A DNA stretch of 54,378 bases from contig CAYVCA010000001.1 in assembly GCA_964450025.1 (NCBI GenBank), positions 1 to 54,378 on the forward strand, read 5' to 3'. Positions 1-8,761 of the stretch are shown piece after piece. Below the pieces are notes generated by a model that was not told where the DNA came from, did not search any database, and worked only from the letters and a program-made list of their open reading frames with translations. The stretch is from an uncultured Candidatus Saccharibacteria bacterium (GTDB lineage: Bacteria; Patescibacteriota; Saccharimonadia; Saccharimonadales; Saccharimonadaceae). Position 1 is the first letter of the stretch. Every line of letters begins with the position of its first letter. The position numbers and the translations under genes are program-made.

Positions 1-8
1 GGGATTGT

Positions 9-533
9 TTGGATAAAGGGGTCTATCAGAGGCTGTCCAGGGCCTCCGGAGTTCAATTGGAGAAGGTATCGATTCTACAGGCTAGCCTGGAGGATTATTT
101 TAAGAAACAGCAATCCGAACAGCTAGAGCCTACGAAAGCCAACCACTTCCAGATTGTAACTGACTACCCTAGCCGGACACGAGACGATATGCTCCTTATA
201 GCCAGCGTTATGGCAGATGGAGGTGATCCGTATGGCAGCCCAGATATCCAGAGAATTGAGAGTTCACGAGGAAATCTCACCGTTATGGTGGATGCATATA
301 CCAAAGCATTTGAGAACAATCCTGCTAATGACGATAAGGATGACGAGGAGGGTGTCGAAAGACGGTGGAAAGCGTATTGCCACGGGCTTGAATGCCTCGC
401 CGAGCTTATACCTGAGAAGAGTATTATCGAGCTTAAGCCAGACGGCGGGGTCGTGCTTAGTCGTGGGGAGGACACTAAGACATGGGAGGGTCTCGCATTG
501 GAAAAGTGGCGGCGATGGCTCGTACGGCGTTAG
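9..533 (+). CDS. hypothetical protein (may begin upstream of the window)
   Basis: 174-aa ORF with a TTG start at the window edge; no recognisable motif. Confidence 0.5.
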   Translation: MDKGVYQRLSRASGVQLEKVSILQASLEDYFKKQQSEQLEPTKANHFQIVTDYPSRTRDDMLLIASVMADGGDPYGSPDIQRIESSRGNLTVMVDAYTKAFENNPANDDKDDEEGVERRWKAYCHGLECLAELIPEKSIIELKPDGGVVLSRGEDTKTWEGLALEKWRRWLVRR

Positions 534-694
534 ACGAGAGAAGGTGACGACCTCGGCTCAGTTTAGGAGTACTATAAAGAAAGCCCAGAGACTGCTACAC
601 TAGAGCTAGCGAAAGCTACGACAAGTCGCATTTGAGGTGAAACTTTACGACTAGTTGCTTTTTAGTAATAAGTGTGCTATAATAAAGTAATATA

Positions 695-1627
695 ATGCAT
701 GTAAGCTCAACCAAAACGGTTCTGGTCCTGTTCAGTCGCAAGTATCGCAAGCAAGTTGCATACAGGCGTATTTTTGATATCCTTAGGGTGACGGCAGAAC
801 GCCAGGGACGGGACTTTGATTTTGTATGCGCAGCGCTCGACGAACTGTGGATTGAGGTGCGAGATAATCGATTGATAGTGACAGAACCAAATAGCGGAAA
901 GCAGTTAAAAGATTTCGATTTTGTACATTTTAACTGGTGGGGCAGGGCGAGACAGCATGCTCTTGCGGTTGCAACATACCTTAAGAGGCATTCTGTGCCC
1001 TTCTTGACTGATGAGATTGCAGGTATGATGGCAGACACTAAGGTAGGAGAGGTGGCTGTCATGGCCGATAGTGATGTCTCTCTACCGAATACTTTTATAA
1101 GTGGTAACGAACAAATCCTAGAAGCTTTTCGAGATAGTCCTCCTATTAATTTTCCACTTATTGTGAAGGACGCCGATGCCTACGGTGGCCATCGTAACTA
1201 CCTTGTTGATACATATGGTAAACTTGTTCAAATTATTAATAACAATGCAGGCATAGACTTCATAGTTCAGCAGTACATCCCAAACAGTTGTGACTATCGT
1301 TGTCTTATCTTTGGTGGTGAGATTAAAGTTATATTGCGACGTACTCGAGGTGCAGAGTCTGAGGGTCATGTTAATAATACATCGGCCGGAGGACGGGGTG
1401 ATGTCGTGCCTATTGAGAGCATCAATAGCTCAACAAGAGAGATGGTAGTGAGGGCGGCAGCTACACTTGGGCGAGAACAGTTTAGCGGAGCTGATCTTAT
1501 TGTCGATGAGCTGACAGGCGCGCCCTATATACTAGAGGTAAATCAGACCCCTGAGATTGAAGAGGGCGCTGAACCGGTAAAGAAGATGACGGCATTATTT
1601 GATTATATCGAGCGAGAGGTACGATAA
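695..1627 (+). CDS. RimK-like ATP-grasp ligase (divergent)
   Basis: PLIVK, QQYIP..DYR, NTSAGG and GADLI..ILEVNQTP ATP-grasp motifs. Confidence 0.85.
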   Translation: MHVSSTKTVLVLFSRKYRKQVAYRRIFDILRVTAERQGRDFDFVCAALDELWIEVRDNRLIVTEPNSGKQLKDFDFVHFNWWGRARQHALAVATYLKRHSVPFLTDEIAGMMADTKVGEVAVMADSDVSLPNTFISGNEQILEAFRDSPPINFPLIVKDADAYGGHRNYLVDTYGKLVQIINNNAGIDFIVQQYIPNSCDYRCLIFGGEIKVILRRTRGAESEGHVNNTSAGGRGDVVPIESINSSTREMVVRAAATLGREQFSGADLIVDELTGAPYILEVNQTPEIEEGAEPVKKMTALFDYIEREVR

Positions 1628-1632
1628 ATAGT

Positions 1633-2529
1633 ATGAAGCGGGTGTTGCTGCTGGTGGGTGCGCGAAACAAACGTGAGAACCATCTTGGGGCCCTCATGGA
1701 ACTCTGGCGTAGCCGATCGGAAGTTGCCTGTGAAGACAGCTCATTAGAAGAATTAGTATTTGCCACTAGTGGATATGCTGTCAAGATATCAACGGAGTCG
1801 GGCGATGATATTGCAGGCTATGACCTAGTTGTCTTTAGAACAGTCGGAACTTACAAAAAAGAAGCGGTTGCCGTGGCGAAGTATTGCCAAGAAAGGGGCG
1901 TTAAGTACATTGATTCGATGATTCATACGGTGGGTGCCGTGGATGATGAGAATAAGCTTGCCGAAATTATAGTGCTATGTATGGAAGGAATACCGGTGCC
2001 AGATACATTCTATGGCTCGTGGGAGCATAGTGATAAATGGATGCTTACGACAGAGTATCCTTTGGTGCTTAAGGCTATTGATGGAAAAAAAGGCAGAAAC
2101 AACTATTTTGCCGAGTCGGTAGGTGCGCTTGAAGGCATACTGCATGAAGCGGGCGATATGCGTATGTTGGTGCAGCGATATATTCCGAATAATGAAGATT
2201 ATCGTGTGCTTGTGCTTGGCTATAAAGATGTCGTTGTTACAAAGCGTGTTCGTCGGGACAAGAATACTCACCTAAACAATGTTTCCTTGGGGGGCGAAGA
2301 GATACTAGTTCAAGACTATACCGGACTTGAGCTGGTCATTGACGTCGCAATACGGGCAGCAAAGATACTCGCTATAGAGATTGCTGGAGTGGATGTTGTC
2401 GTAGATAAGGACACGGGTCTGCCATATGTTATGGAGGTAAATCGTGCGCCAGAGCTTACGCTAGACGATGAATTAACGGCCTATGCGAAAGCTATCGTTG
2501 ATATGGCTTATATCGAGGAGACTACCTAA
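1633..2529 (+). CDS. RimK-like ATP-grasp ligase (divergent)
   Basis: YPLVLKAIDGKKG, QRYIP..DYR, NVSLGG and AGVDV..MEVNRAP motifs. Confidence 0.85.
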   Translation: MKRVLLLVGARNKRENHLGALMELWRSRSEVACEDSSLEELVFATSGYAVKISTESGDDIAGYDLVVFRTVGTYKKEAVAVAKYCQERGVKYIDSMIHTVGAVDDENKLAEIIVLCMEGIPVPDTFYGSWEHSDKWMLTTEYPLVLKAIDGKKGRNNYFAESVGALEGILHEAGDMRMLVQRYIPNNEDYRVLVLGYKDVVVTKRVRRDKNTHLNNVSLGGEEILVQDYTGLELVIDVAIRAAKILAIEIAGVDVVVDKDTGLPYVMEVNRAPELTLDDELTAYAKAIVDMAYIEETT

Positions 2530-3645
2530 GTGAGTACATATGTTATCCGTGACGAAGAGCAGGCGTCAAGCCTCAATATCACAACTAGATTATTGGTGCT
2601 GGAGGCGCTTAGGCGAGGGTGGCATGTGGAATATACGCAGGCCTATCCCGATGAGTCTGATAGCGGAATGGCGCACTGCACAAAAAACGACAAGGAACTC
2701 TTTTTTGACAGTGATTTGACAGCGCTCACTCCAGTATATGGATTTTGGGCAGCCAACAATAAAAATCTAACGTATGGCCTACTTGTGAAGAATAGTGTGC
2801 CTACTCCACACACGCGAATTATTTCAATTGATGCGCCTGATGGTGAGCTTATGGAGCATCTGGACGCAATGAGTGGTATGGTAGTGAAACCACTCGCTAC
2901 GAATCATGGCGTAGGTATCACTGTAGGGGTGCACGATCTGGAGAATTTAAAGCGAGCGATCACTAATGGTAAACAGTACAGCAAGAGCGGGTATATTCTG
3001 TTGCAGGAACAAGTTTATGGCGATGAGTATCGTTTTCTGGTGCTAGATAATGAGGTGATAGCCGTAGCGGGTCGCCAGCCTGCATGTGTTACAGGTGACG
3101 GCAGGTTGTCGGTGAGAGAGCTGATAGAGGATAAGAACCTAGATGAGCGTCGTGGCGAGGGGCATAAGGCGAGTCTTACGAAGATCAGCATTGATGATGT
3201 AGTGACTGCACGTGGTGAGAGGTTATTGAGTGTCATTCCTGATTTAGGAGAGAAGGTTGCTTTGCTTGATACCTCTAATCTAAGCAGGGGTGGCGAGGCG
3301 ATTGACTACACTGATGTAGTACACGACAGCCTTAAGGCAATTGCCGTCTCGGCCGCAAAGGCGTGTGGGCTCGGCCTTGCAGGTGTTGATATTATGACCG
3401 ATGATATTACTATGCCAGCGCAAGGGCGCAGTTATGTCATTGAGGTTAATCTTGCTCCTGGTCTCCGCATGCATCATTTTCCTAGTCAGGGCTCTCCTCG
3501 TGATGTGGCAAGTATGATATTTGAAAAGATGGAAGAGCGCGCAAATCGTGACAGCATGCGTTGTATCGGTGTACCATCGTTTGCCGACAAAGATAGATCT
3601 TTACGAGAAGATGACTCAGTTAATGCTCTTGGGCGAAGGCTATAG
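2530..3645 (+). CDS. stand-alone cyanophycin synthetase/GshF-type ATP-grasp ligase
   Basis: VKPLATNHGVG, EYRFLV..R.PA.V.GDG..S..ELI..KN...RRG, NLSRGG..D.TD and GVDI..IEVNLAPG; no Mur-ligase or GshA domain. Confidence 0.8.
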   Translation: MSTYVIRDEEQASSLNITTRLLVLEALRRGWHVEYTQAYPDESDSGMAHCTKNDKELFFDSDLTALTPVYGFWAANNKNLTYGLLVKNSVPTPHTRIISIDAPDGELMEHLDAMSGMVVKPLATNHGVGITVGVHDLENLKRAITNGKQYSKSGYILLQEQVYGDEYRFLVLDNEVIAVAGRQPACVTGDGRLSVRELIEDKNLDERRGEGHKASLTKISIDDVVTARGERLLSVIPDLGEKVALLDTSNLSRGGEAIDYTDVVHDSLKAIAVSAAKACGLGLAGVDIMTDDITMPAQGRSYVIEVNLAPGLRMHHFPSQGSPRDVASMIFEKMEERANRDSMRCIGVPSFADKDRSLREDDSVNALGRRL

Positions 3646-3647
3646 CT

Positions 3648-4157
3648 ATGAGTGAGCTATCGACAATCGGTATAGTCGAACTTGTTTCCATAGGTCGTCG
3701 AGCAGTCGACGTGCCAGCAAAGGTTGACACTGGGGCAGATAGCTCAGCTATCTGGGCTAGCAATATTCGTGTTGGTCAAGATGGTGTACTGCGTTTTTCA
3801 CTTTTTGGCGAAGGGTCGCCTTACTATAGCGGTAAGATTTTTAAGCGAACAGACTTTTCAGTGGCACAAGTAAAAAGCTCGAACGGTCAAGTCGAGGTTC
3901 GCTACAGAACACATTTTACGGTGACTATTGCTGGAAAAAAGATAAAAGGTCTGTTTAACCTGTCCGATCGTTCGCACAATAAATACAAAATATTGATCGG
4001 ACGACGAACAATCTCTAGGAAGTTCCTAGTAGATGTTTCAAGGGGAGCGGAGAAGATGACTCGGGGGGCGGAGACAGGGTGGCTGAAGAAAAGGCTGCAA
4101 AAAGACCCCTATCAATTCCATAAGAAGTATGTTAAAAAGAAGAAAGAGTCTTTATGA
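3648..4157 (+). CDS. RimK-associated retropepsin-like protease (RimB / putative ATP-dependent Zn protease family)
   Basis: AKVDTGADSS, SSNGQ.E.RY and L.DRS...LIGR motifs; overlaps the rimK start by 4 nt. Confidence 0.8.
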   Translation: MSELSTIGIVELVSIGRRAVDVPAKVDTGADSSAIWASNIRVGQDGVLRFSLFGEGSPYYSGKIFKRTDFSVAQVKSSNGQVEVRYRTHFTVTIAGKKIKGLFNLSDRSHNKYKILIGRRTISRKFLVDVSRGAEKMTRGAETGWLKKRLQKDPYQFHKKYVKKKKESL

Positions 4158-5065
4158 AAATCGCAATCCTATCCAACGGCAACGCTAACTACTCTACCAA
4201 ACGTCTAGTTGAGGTAGCGAAGGCTCGTGGGCATGAAGTTAGGGTCATTAAGTATAAGCATACTTATGTTTCGATTGAGCAAAACAACCCCAGGCTAAGC
4301 TATCGTGGCGAGGTGCTAGAGGGCTTTGATGTGATAATCCCGCGCATCGCTAGCTATATGACTCGATATGGCACGGCGATTGTTCGGCAGTTTGAGGCTC
4401 AAGGGGTATATACCCCGTCCAGCTCTATAGCGATCAACAGAACACGAGACAAGCTACGAAGCCTCCAGCTACTCTCCAAGGCTGGCGTAGCAATTCCAAA
4501 GACTGTTTTCAGCCGTAATACAGCTGATATTGATGACCTAATCGAGATGGTTGGCGGAGTGCCTGTAGTGATTAAGCTGGCGCGCGGCACTCATGGCAAT
4601 GGCGTGGTTTTGGCGGAAACGAAACGAATGGCAAAATCAGCTCTCCAGGCTTTATATCTGCACAATGAAGACGGAACAAACATTTTAATTCAAGAGTTCA
4701 TCAAGGAATCGGCTGGCACGGATATACGTGTCTTTGTGGTTGGTGGTCGGGTGATTGCCAGTATGAAACGGCAAAGCCTTGATGATGATTTCCGTTCAAA
4801 CCTCCATAAGGGTGGTGAGGGCGCTAGCATTAAGTTGACCGAGGAGGAGCGCAAAATGGCAGTCAAAGCGGCTAAAGCAATGGGATTGAATATCGCTGGC
4901 GTTGATTTGATGCGGTCTAGCCGAGGGCCACTGGTGCTAGAGGTAAACGCCAGTCCTGGCTTTGGTATCGAAAAAATCACCGGGCGAGATGTGGCGACGC
5001 CGATCATTGAGTACATTGAGCAAAACGCCAGGCGACGACCGAAAAAAGATCGAGTTGGCGCCTAA
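4154..5065 (+). CDS. rimK: RimK alpha-L-glutamate ligase
   Basis: MKIAILS..YSTKRL, IIPRI, RDKLRSLQLL, DFRSNLHKGG, EVNASPG. Confidence 0.92.
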   Translation: MKIAILSNGNANYSTKRLVEVAKARGHEVRVIKYKHTYVSIEQNNPRLSYRGEVLEGFDVIIPRIASYMTRYGTAIVRQFEAQGVYTPSSSIAINRTRDKLRSLQLLSKAGVAIPKTVFSRNTADIDDLIEMVGGVPVVIKLARGTHGNGVVLAETKRMAKSALQALYLHNEDGTNILIQEFIKESAGTDIRVFVVGGRVIASMKRQSLDDDFRSNLHKGGEGASIKLTEEERKMAVKAAKAMGLNIAGVDLMRSSRGPLVLEVNASPGFGIEKITGRDVATPIIEYIEQNARRRPKKDRVGA

Positions 5066-5096
5066 GATTAGCGAACTACTGTAGTATAATACAGAC

Positions 5097-5591
5097 ATGG
5101 AAGACAGTCAGTCGGTTGGTCGAGCACAGAGAATTATTAAGTGGGTGATTATCCTAGGGGTTTTTGTTCTCGTGGGGGCGGTAGTGGTGCGAGCGGTTGC
5201 ATGGGAGCTGAGGCCTCGTACGCTTGTATCGGCAGGACAGGTCGTCTTTCAGACAGACATAGCCAGTAGCGACCACTCCAGGCAGAGAGGTCTGGGCGGC
5301 AGGAGTGAGTTAGGGAGTGGCGAGGCGATGTTATTTAAGTTTGATACAGATGACTATCATGGCATATGGATGAAGGGGATGAGGTTCCCTATAGACATCA
5401 TCTGGATGGACAGCGAAAAGCAGGTCGTTCATATTGAAGAGGGTGTCCAGCCAGAAGGGGAGCCTTATACAATCCATAAACCGTCTGAGCCGGCCAGGTT
5501 CGTACTAGAGGTTGCCAGTGGTCAAGCCAAAAAAGCGAAGATCCAAGTCGGTACGATAATAAAGTTCGATATTACAGAGGAGGGTTTGTAG
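5097..5591 (+). CDS. DUF192 family protein
   Basis: N-terminal TM; RQRGLGGR, MLF.F, IWMKGMRFPIDIIW and FVLEV..G motifs. Confidence 0.85.
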   Translation: MEDSQSVGRAQRIIKWVIILGVFVLVGAVVVRAVAWELRPRTLVSAGQVVFQTDIASSDHSRQRGLGGRSELGSGEAMLFKFDTDDYHGIWMKGMRFPIDIIWMDSEKQVVHIEEGVQPEGEPYTIHKPSEPARFVLEVASGQAKKAKIQVGTIIKFDITEEGL

Positions 5592-5592
5592 T

Positions 5593-6075
5593 ATGGAGGT
5601 GGTCTTGCTGTTCGGTTCGGTTGTCGGCATAGTGTTTGCTGGCACATTTCTGTCGCGACGACGATTTGGGGTGCTGTCGCTGAGTCTGGCGGCGGGCTCG
5701 GTACTGGCTGCGGTGTGGGCTGAGAGACTTACGGTTGAACTAGAGAGGCTTGGCCTAGGTATAGACTGGCTTCCAGTTGGCGTGGTCGCGACCATTATAT
5801 TACTGCTACTACCGATGACACTCCTTTTGCTGAGTGGGCCAAAGCACCAGAGCGGCTGGGCCAGGTTTATGGCGGCGCTTGGGGCGGGCATATTAACGGC
5901 AGCTTTTTTGGTTCAACCGCTCGGCAAATACATGGTTTTGCAGGGACAGGCGCTGGAGATATATAAGCTTTTGGTAGAATCATGGCATTATGTCGTAACG
6001 GCCGGCCTGGTCGCGGGCGTAATGGATTTGATCTTAGTGTCCTCACCGAAAAAAAACGACACCAAGAAGCATTGA
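5593..6075 (+). CDS. hypothetical membrane protein
   Basis: about 5 hydrophobic segments; abuts the upstream gene. Confidence 0.7.
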   Translation: MEVVLLFGSVVGIVFAGTFLSRRRFGVLSLSLAAGSVLAAVWAERLTVELERLGLGIDWLPVGVVATIILLLLPMTLLLLSGPKHQSGWARFMAALGAGILTAAFLVQPLGKYMVLQGQALEIYKLLVESWHYVVTAGLVAGVMDLILVSSPKKNDTKKH

Positions 6076-6100
6076 CATAAGCGCTAATCTGTGCTAAGCT
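6072..6100 (+). promoter_or_regulatory. sigma70-type promoter for tRNA-Lys
   Basis: TTGACA-17 nt-TAAGCT with an extended TG. Confidence 0.6.
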
Positions 6101-6134
6101 GAGCATGGACAATCAAGTCCGCATTCTTATGCAT

Positions 6135-6211
6135 GGGTCCGTAGCTCAGCCGGTTAGAGCACCTGCCTTTTAAGCAGGGTGTCATGGGTTCAAGTCCCAT
6201 CGGACCCTCCA
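6135..6211 (+). tRNA. tRNA-Lys(TTT)
   Basis: GGGTCCG/CGGACCC acceptor stem, CCTGC-CTTTTAA-GCAGG anticodon arm, GTTCAAGT T-loop, encoded CCA. Confidence 0.97.
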
Positions 6212-6445
6212 AGAAAACACACTCACTTCATGTGGGTGTTTTTTCTTGGTTGAGATTTCCTGGGGTTTGAACACCGTTGACATCCGCAGGTGGAATGGGT
6301 GAGAACTGCCAGTGGCAGTTCTCAAGGGAGTCCACTCTTGAAAACTATGTTTTCAGAGATGTGGCGACGGGGTCGCGAAGCGTGACCAAGCCCCATCGGA
6401 TCCTCCAAGAAGAGCTCCTCACCTCGCGTGGGGACTTTTTCTTGG
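6191..6445 (+). repeat. tRNA-linked duplication: tRNA 3' end plus hairpin repeated at a 196-bp period, with a structured spacer
   Basis: 6191-6215 vs 6387-6411 match at 23/25; 41-nt hairpins at 6209-6249 and 6405-6445. Confidence 0.75.
6209..6249 (+). terminator. terminator-like hairpin after tRNA-Lys
   Basis: ccaagaaaacacactcac-ttcat-gtgggtgttttttcttgg inverted repeat. Confidence 0.65.
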
Positions 6446-6672
6446 CACGAGGAGCTTCATTGCCAAGGTTCTCGCTTTGGGTGGGTTGGGGCTGATAGAA
6501 TACATACGTGTAATCCAGCACGTCCTCAGAAAAGACAAAACAAGCTTTACTTTTCGTTCAGATGCTTGGATTATCGGCCTGTGCTGGGCCTCCTTTCTGT
6601 GGTTATTGGTTGTAGCTACAGTTTGCGGAGCCTGTTTTTATGCTGCAAAGGTGGCGGATGAATACGAAAGTC

Positions 6673-6701
6673 TTGACAGAGAGCAGGCTTACTGATATAA
6701 T
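6673..6701 (+). promoter_or_regulatory. consensus sigma70 promoter
   Basis: TTGACA-17 nt-TATAAT with an extended TG. Confidence 0.75.
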
Positions 6702-6744
6702 ACCAATAAGAAAGATAAGTAATTTTTGGGAGGAGAGCTGTATT

Positions 6745-7017
6745 ATGAATACGCATAGACCTGATGGGGCGCCCCGGGGAAGGTATGATGTAGGTTCGCA
6801 TCGGTGGTATTCCAATCAACTGGAAGGAGGCCATAAGCGAGGTCTTTCTCCGTATGGGTATGGTAGTTCATGGTTTCAGGAGATTCTAGAGAGGCATGGT
6901 CTGCTGCGAAAACAGCCCGCCGGCAAGTCGGGTGATACGACTCCAGGCCCTATAGAAGGTGTGCGAGAAGAGACTAAGCGGGCGGCACGAGAAGAGGCAA
7001 ACAGAGAGCTAGGTTAG
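6745..7017 (+). CDS. small hypothetical protein (90 aa)
   Basis: consensus promoter and GGAGGA Shine-Dalgarno precede ATG 6745 within the 6640..7017 ORF. Confidence 0.55.
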   Translation: MNTHRPDGAPRGRYDVGSHRWYSNQLEGGHKRGLSPYGYGSSWFQEILERHGLLRKQPAGKSGDTTPGPIEGVREETKRAAREEANRELG

Positions 7018-7167
7018 TTCACTCTCCGCCGACCGCAGTAGAATAATTTACTACTACGATGAAAAAAAGAATAAACTTGATAATGCATACCATGGCCTGG
7101 CGATTAATCCACCCAGGGCGGCCTCGCAGTACTCTATCGTTGGGACCTGCAGCAAGACCTCCACAGC

Positions 7168-7593
7168 CTAGCCCCTTGTCCCAGCCATTTTGCCACTTAA
7201 ATATCCGTGTAGAGTATAGCCAGTGAGAGTGGTCATGGGCAGCTGTATGAGCAGTAGGTTGCATAGCAGCAGGTCAAACGGGAAGTGTAGCTATATGAAT
7301 GTTGTAGAAAAACTCAAGGAGTAGAGGACGGCGAATGAGATATGGCTGCTTAGCGGATATCGTCTGATCCATCTAGTCCTCGTGATTAAGTCCCCGAGAT
7401 CAGTTTTACTTGGGCTGAATGCAACTATTAGCTGATAGACTAAAAATATCAATATAACAGAAATTTTATATTCTATGGAGTTAAACCCTAGTATAAATAG
7501 TAGTGGTAGTGAGAGAATGAAAACAAAAGACACATTAACTATAGAGTTTGCGAGTTTCCAAAAAGCATTCGTTTTCGGAGAGTGCTGGGTCAT
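7168..7593 (-). pseudogene. membrane protein interrupted by an in-frame TAG at 7291-7293
   Basis: the frame continues 40 codons past the stop (LHFPFDLLLCNLLLIQLPMTTLTGYTLHGYLSGKMAGTRG) with the same hydrophobic character. Confidence 0.65.
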
Positions 7594-7633
7594 AGGCCGT
7601 ATTATAGGGGATTGAAGGTGTGCATGCAATGCT

Positions 7634-8671
7634 TTATGATTTTCGCTTCTGCTCCAGCACGCTCGACACTACCGCGATCGATATCACGATCAGCCCGACT
7701 GAGCCGGTGAACCATTCTGGCGGATTGACCTGGTAGAGCTTGACAAACATGATGACCCCAAGAGCTAGGATGGCCCAGTGGGCGCCGTGTTCGAGGTAGC
7801 GGTACTTGCTAAGTGTGCCAGATTTCATCAGGTAGACTGTTAGTGAGCGCACCCAGATTGCCCCAGCGCCAAGACCGGCAATGATCAGCATGATTTCATT
7901 GGTGATAGCAAAGGCGCCAATTACACCGTCAAGTGAGAATGAGGCATCCAGCACCTCGAGATACATGAACGCACCGAAAGCGGCCATGCCAACCAGTTTA
8001 CCGGATGAGTTAGATTGGCGTTTTTCGAAAAATGCGCTAAATAGTTCCAGTCCAAGGTGCAGTAGCGTGCCTAGAATCGAAGCTATCAGTACGGTGGTCT
8101 TATGGGTATCATCAACGGTGAAATATAGCACCATCGTCACGACGAGCATGACAAATATTTTGAGAGTTTCATAATTGCCAGCCCGGGCTAGGTATTTTTC
8201 AATAGAGTCTAGCCAGTGAATGTCTTTTTTGCGGTCCATGAAGTAGCTGATGCCGATCATGATCAAAAAGGCCCCGCCAAAGGCGTCAATGGTTGGCGCG
8301 GCGTCGTGTAGGGTTTCGCCGTAGCGCTTAGAGTCGTTCATGGCCATATTTACTACTTCCATAAATCCATGACCGGATGTTAGCATGACGATGAGGATGG
8401 GCACCAAGAATCTGACGACAAAGACAGCAATAAATATGCCAACAGTCAGGAATAACTTCTGCCAAAAAGGTGACATGCGAACTAGGACTCGGCTGTTGAT
8501 GACGGCATTGTCAAAGCTGAAGGTGACTTCAAGAACGACTAGAATTGTAAATAACCATAAACCAACAGCCCCACCGTGAGTCAGCATCCAAACCCCAAGT
8601 AGGATGGTAATTAGACTGGAGAGCCAGAAGATTCTGAATGGGTGTGATGAGGTTGCTTTTTTTGAAGCCAT
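7634..8671 (-). CDS. DUF475 / TerC-like membrane protein
   Basis: LEVTFSFDNAVIN, YLEVLDASFSLDGVIGAFA and YLEHGAHWAI motifs. Confidence 0.9.
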   Translation of the reverse strand: MASKKATSSHPFRIFWLSSLITILLGVWMLTHGGAVGLWLFTILVVLEVTFSFDNAVINSRVLVRMSPFWQKLFLTVGIFIAVFVVRFLVPILIVMLTSGHGFMEVVNMAMNDSKRYGETLHDAAPTIDAFGGAFLIMIGISYFMDRKKDIHWLDSIEKYLARAGNYETLKIFVMLVVTMVLYFTVDDTHKTTVLIASILGTLLHLGLELFSAFFEKRQSNSSGKLVGMAAFGAFMYLEVLDASFSLDGVIGAFAITNEIMLIIAGLGAGAIWVRSLTVYLMKSGTLSKYRYLEHGAHWAILALGVIMFVKLYQVNPPEWFTGSVGLIVISIAVVSSVLEQKRKS

Positions 8672-8761
8672 AGGAAAATTATACCAGACAGCAACTGCTT
8701 GGTTAGGGTGATTTTTTGGCTGGAGGGGTGGCGAATCTGGCGGATGGATTATAATACTACC

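Noticed and set aside
9-533. Graspetide (RiPP) precursor for the ATP-grasp operon
   Set aside because: No repeated Thr/Ser/Lys-Asp/Glu core motifs or leader; it looks like a globular hypothetical protein separated from the operon by its own promoter region.
6277-6695. Short overlapping ORFs downstream of tRNA-Lys
   Set aside because: They overlap the hairpin element or the promoter and have no motifs or translation signals.
7019-7264. 81-aa minus-strand ORF from the track
   Set aside because: It largely overlaps, in another frame, the better-supported read-through tail of the 7168-7593 gene.
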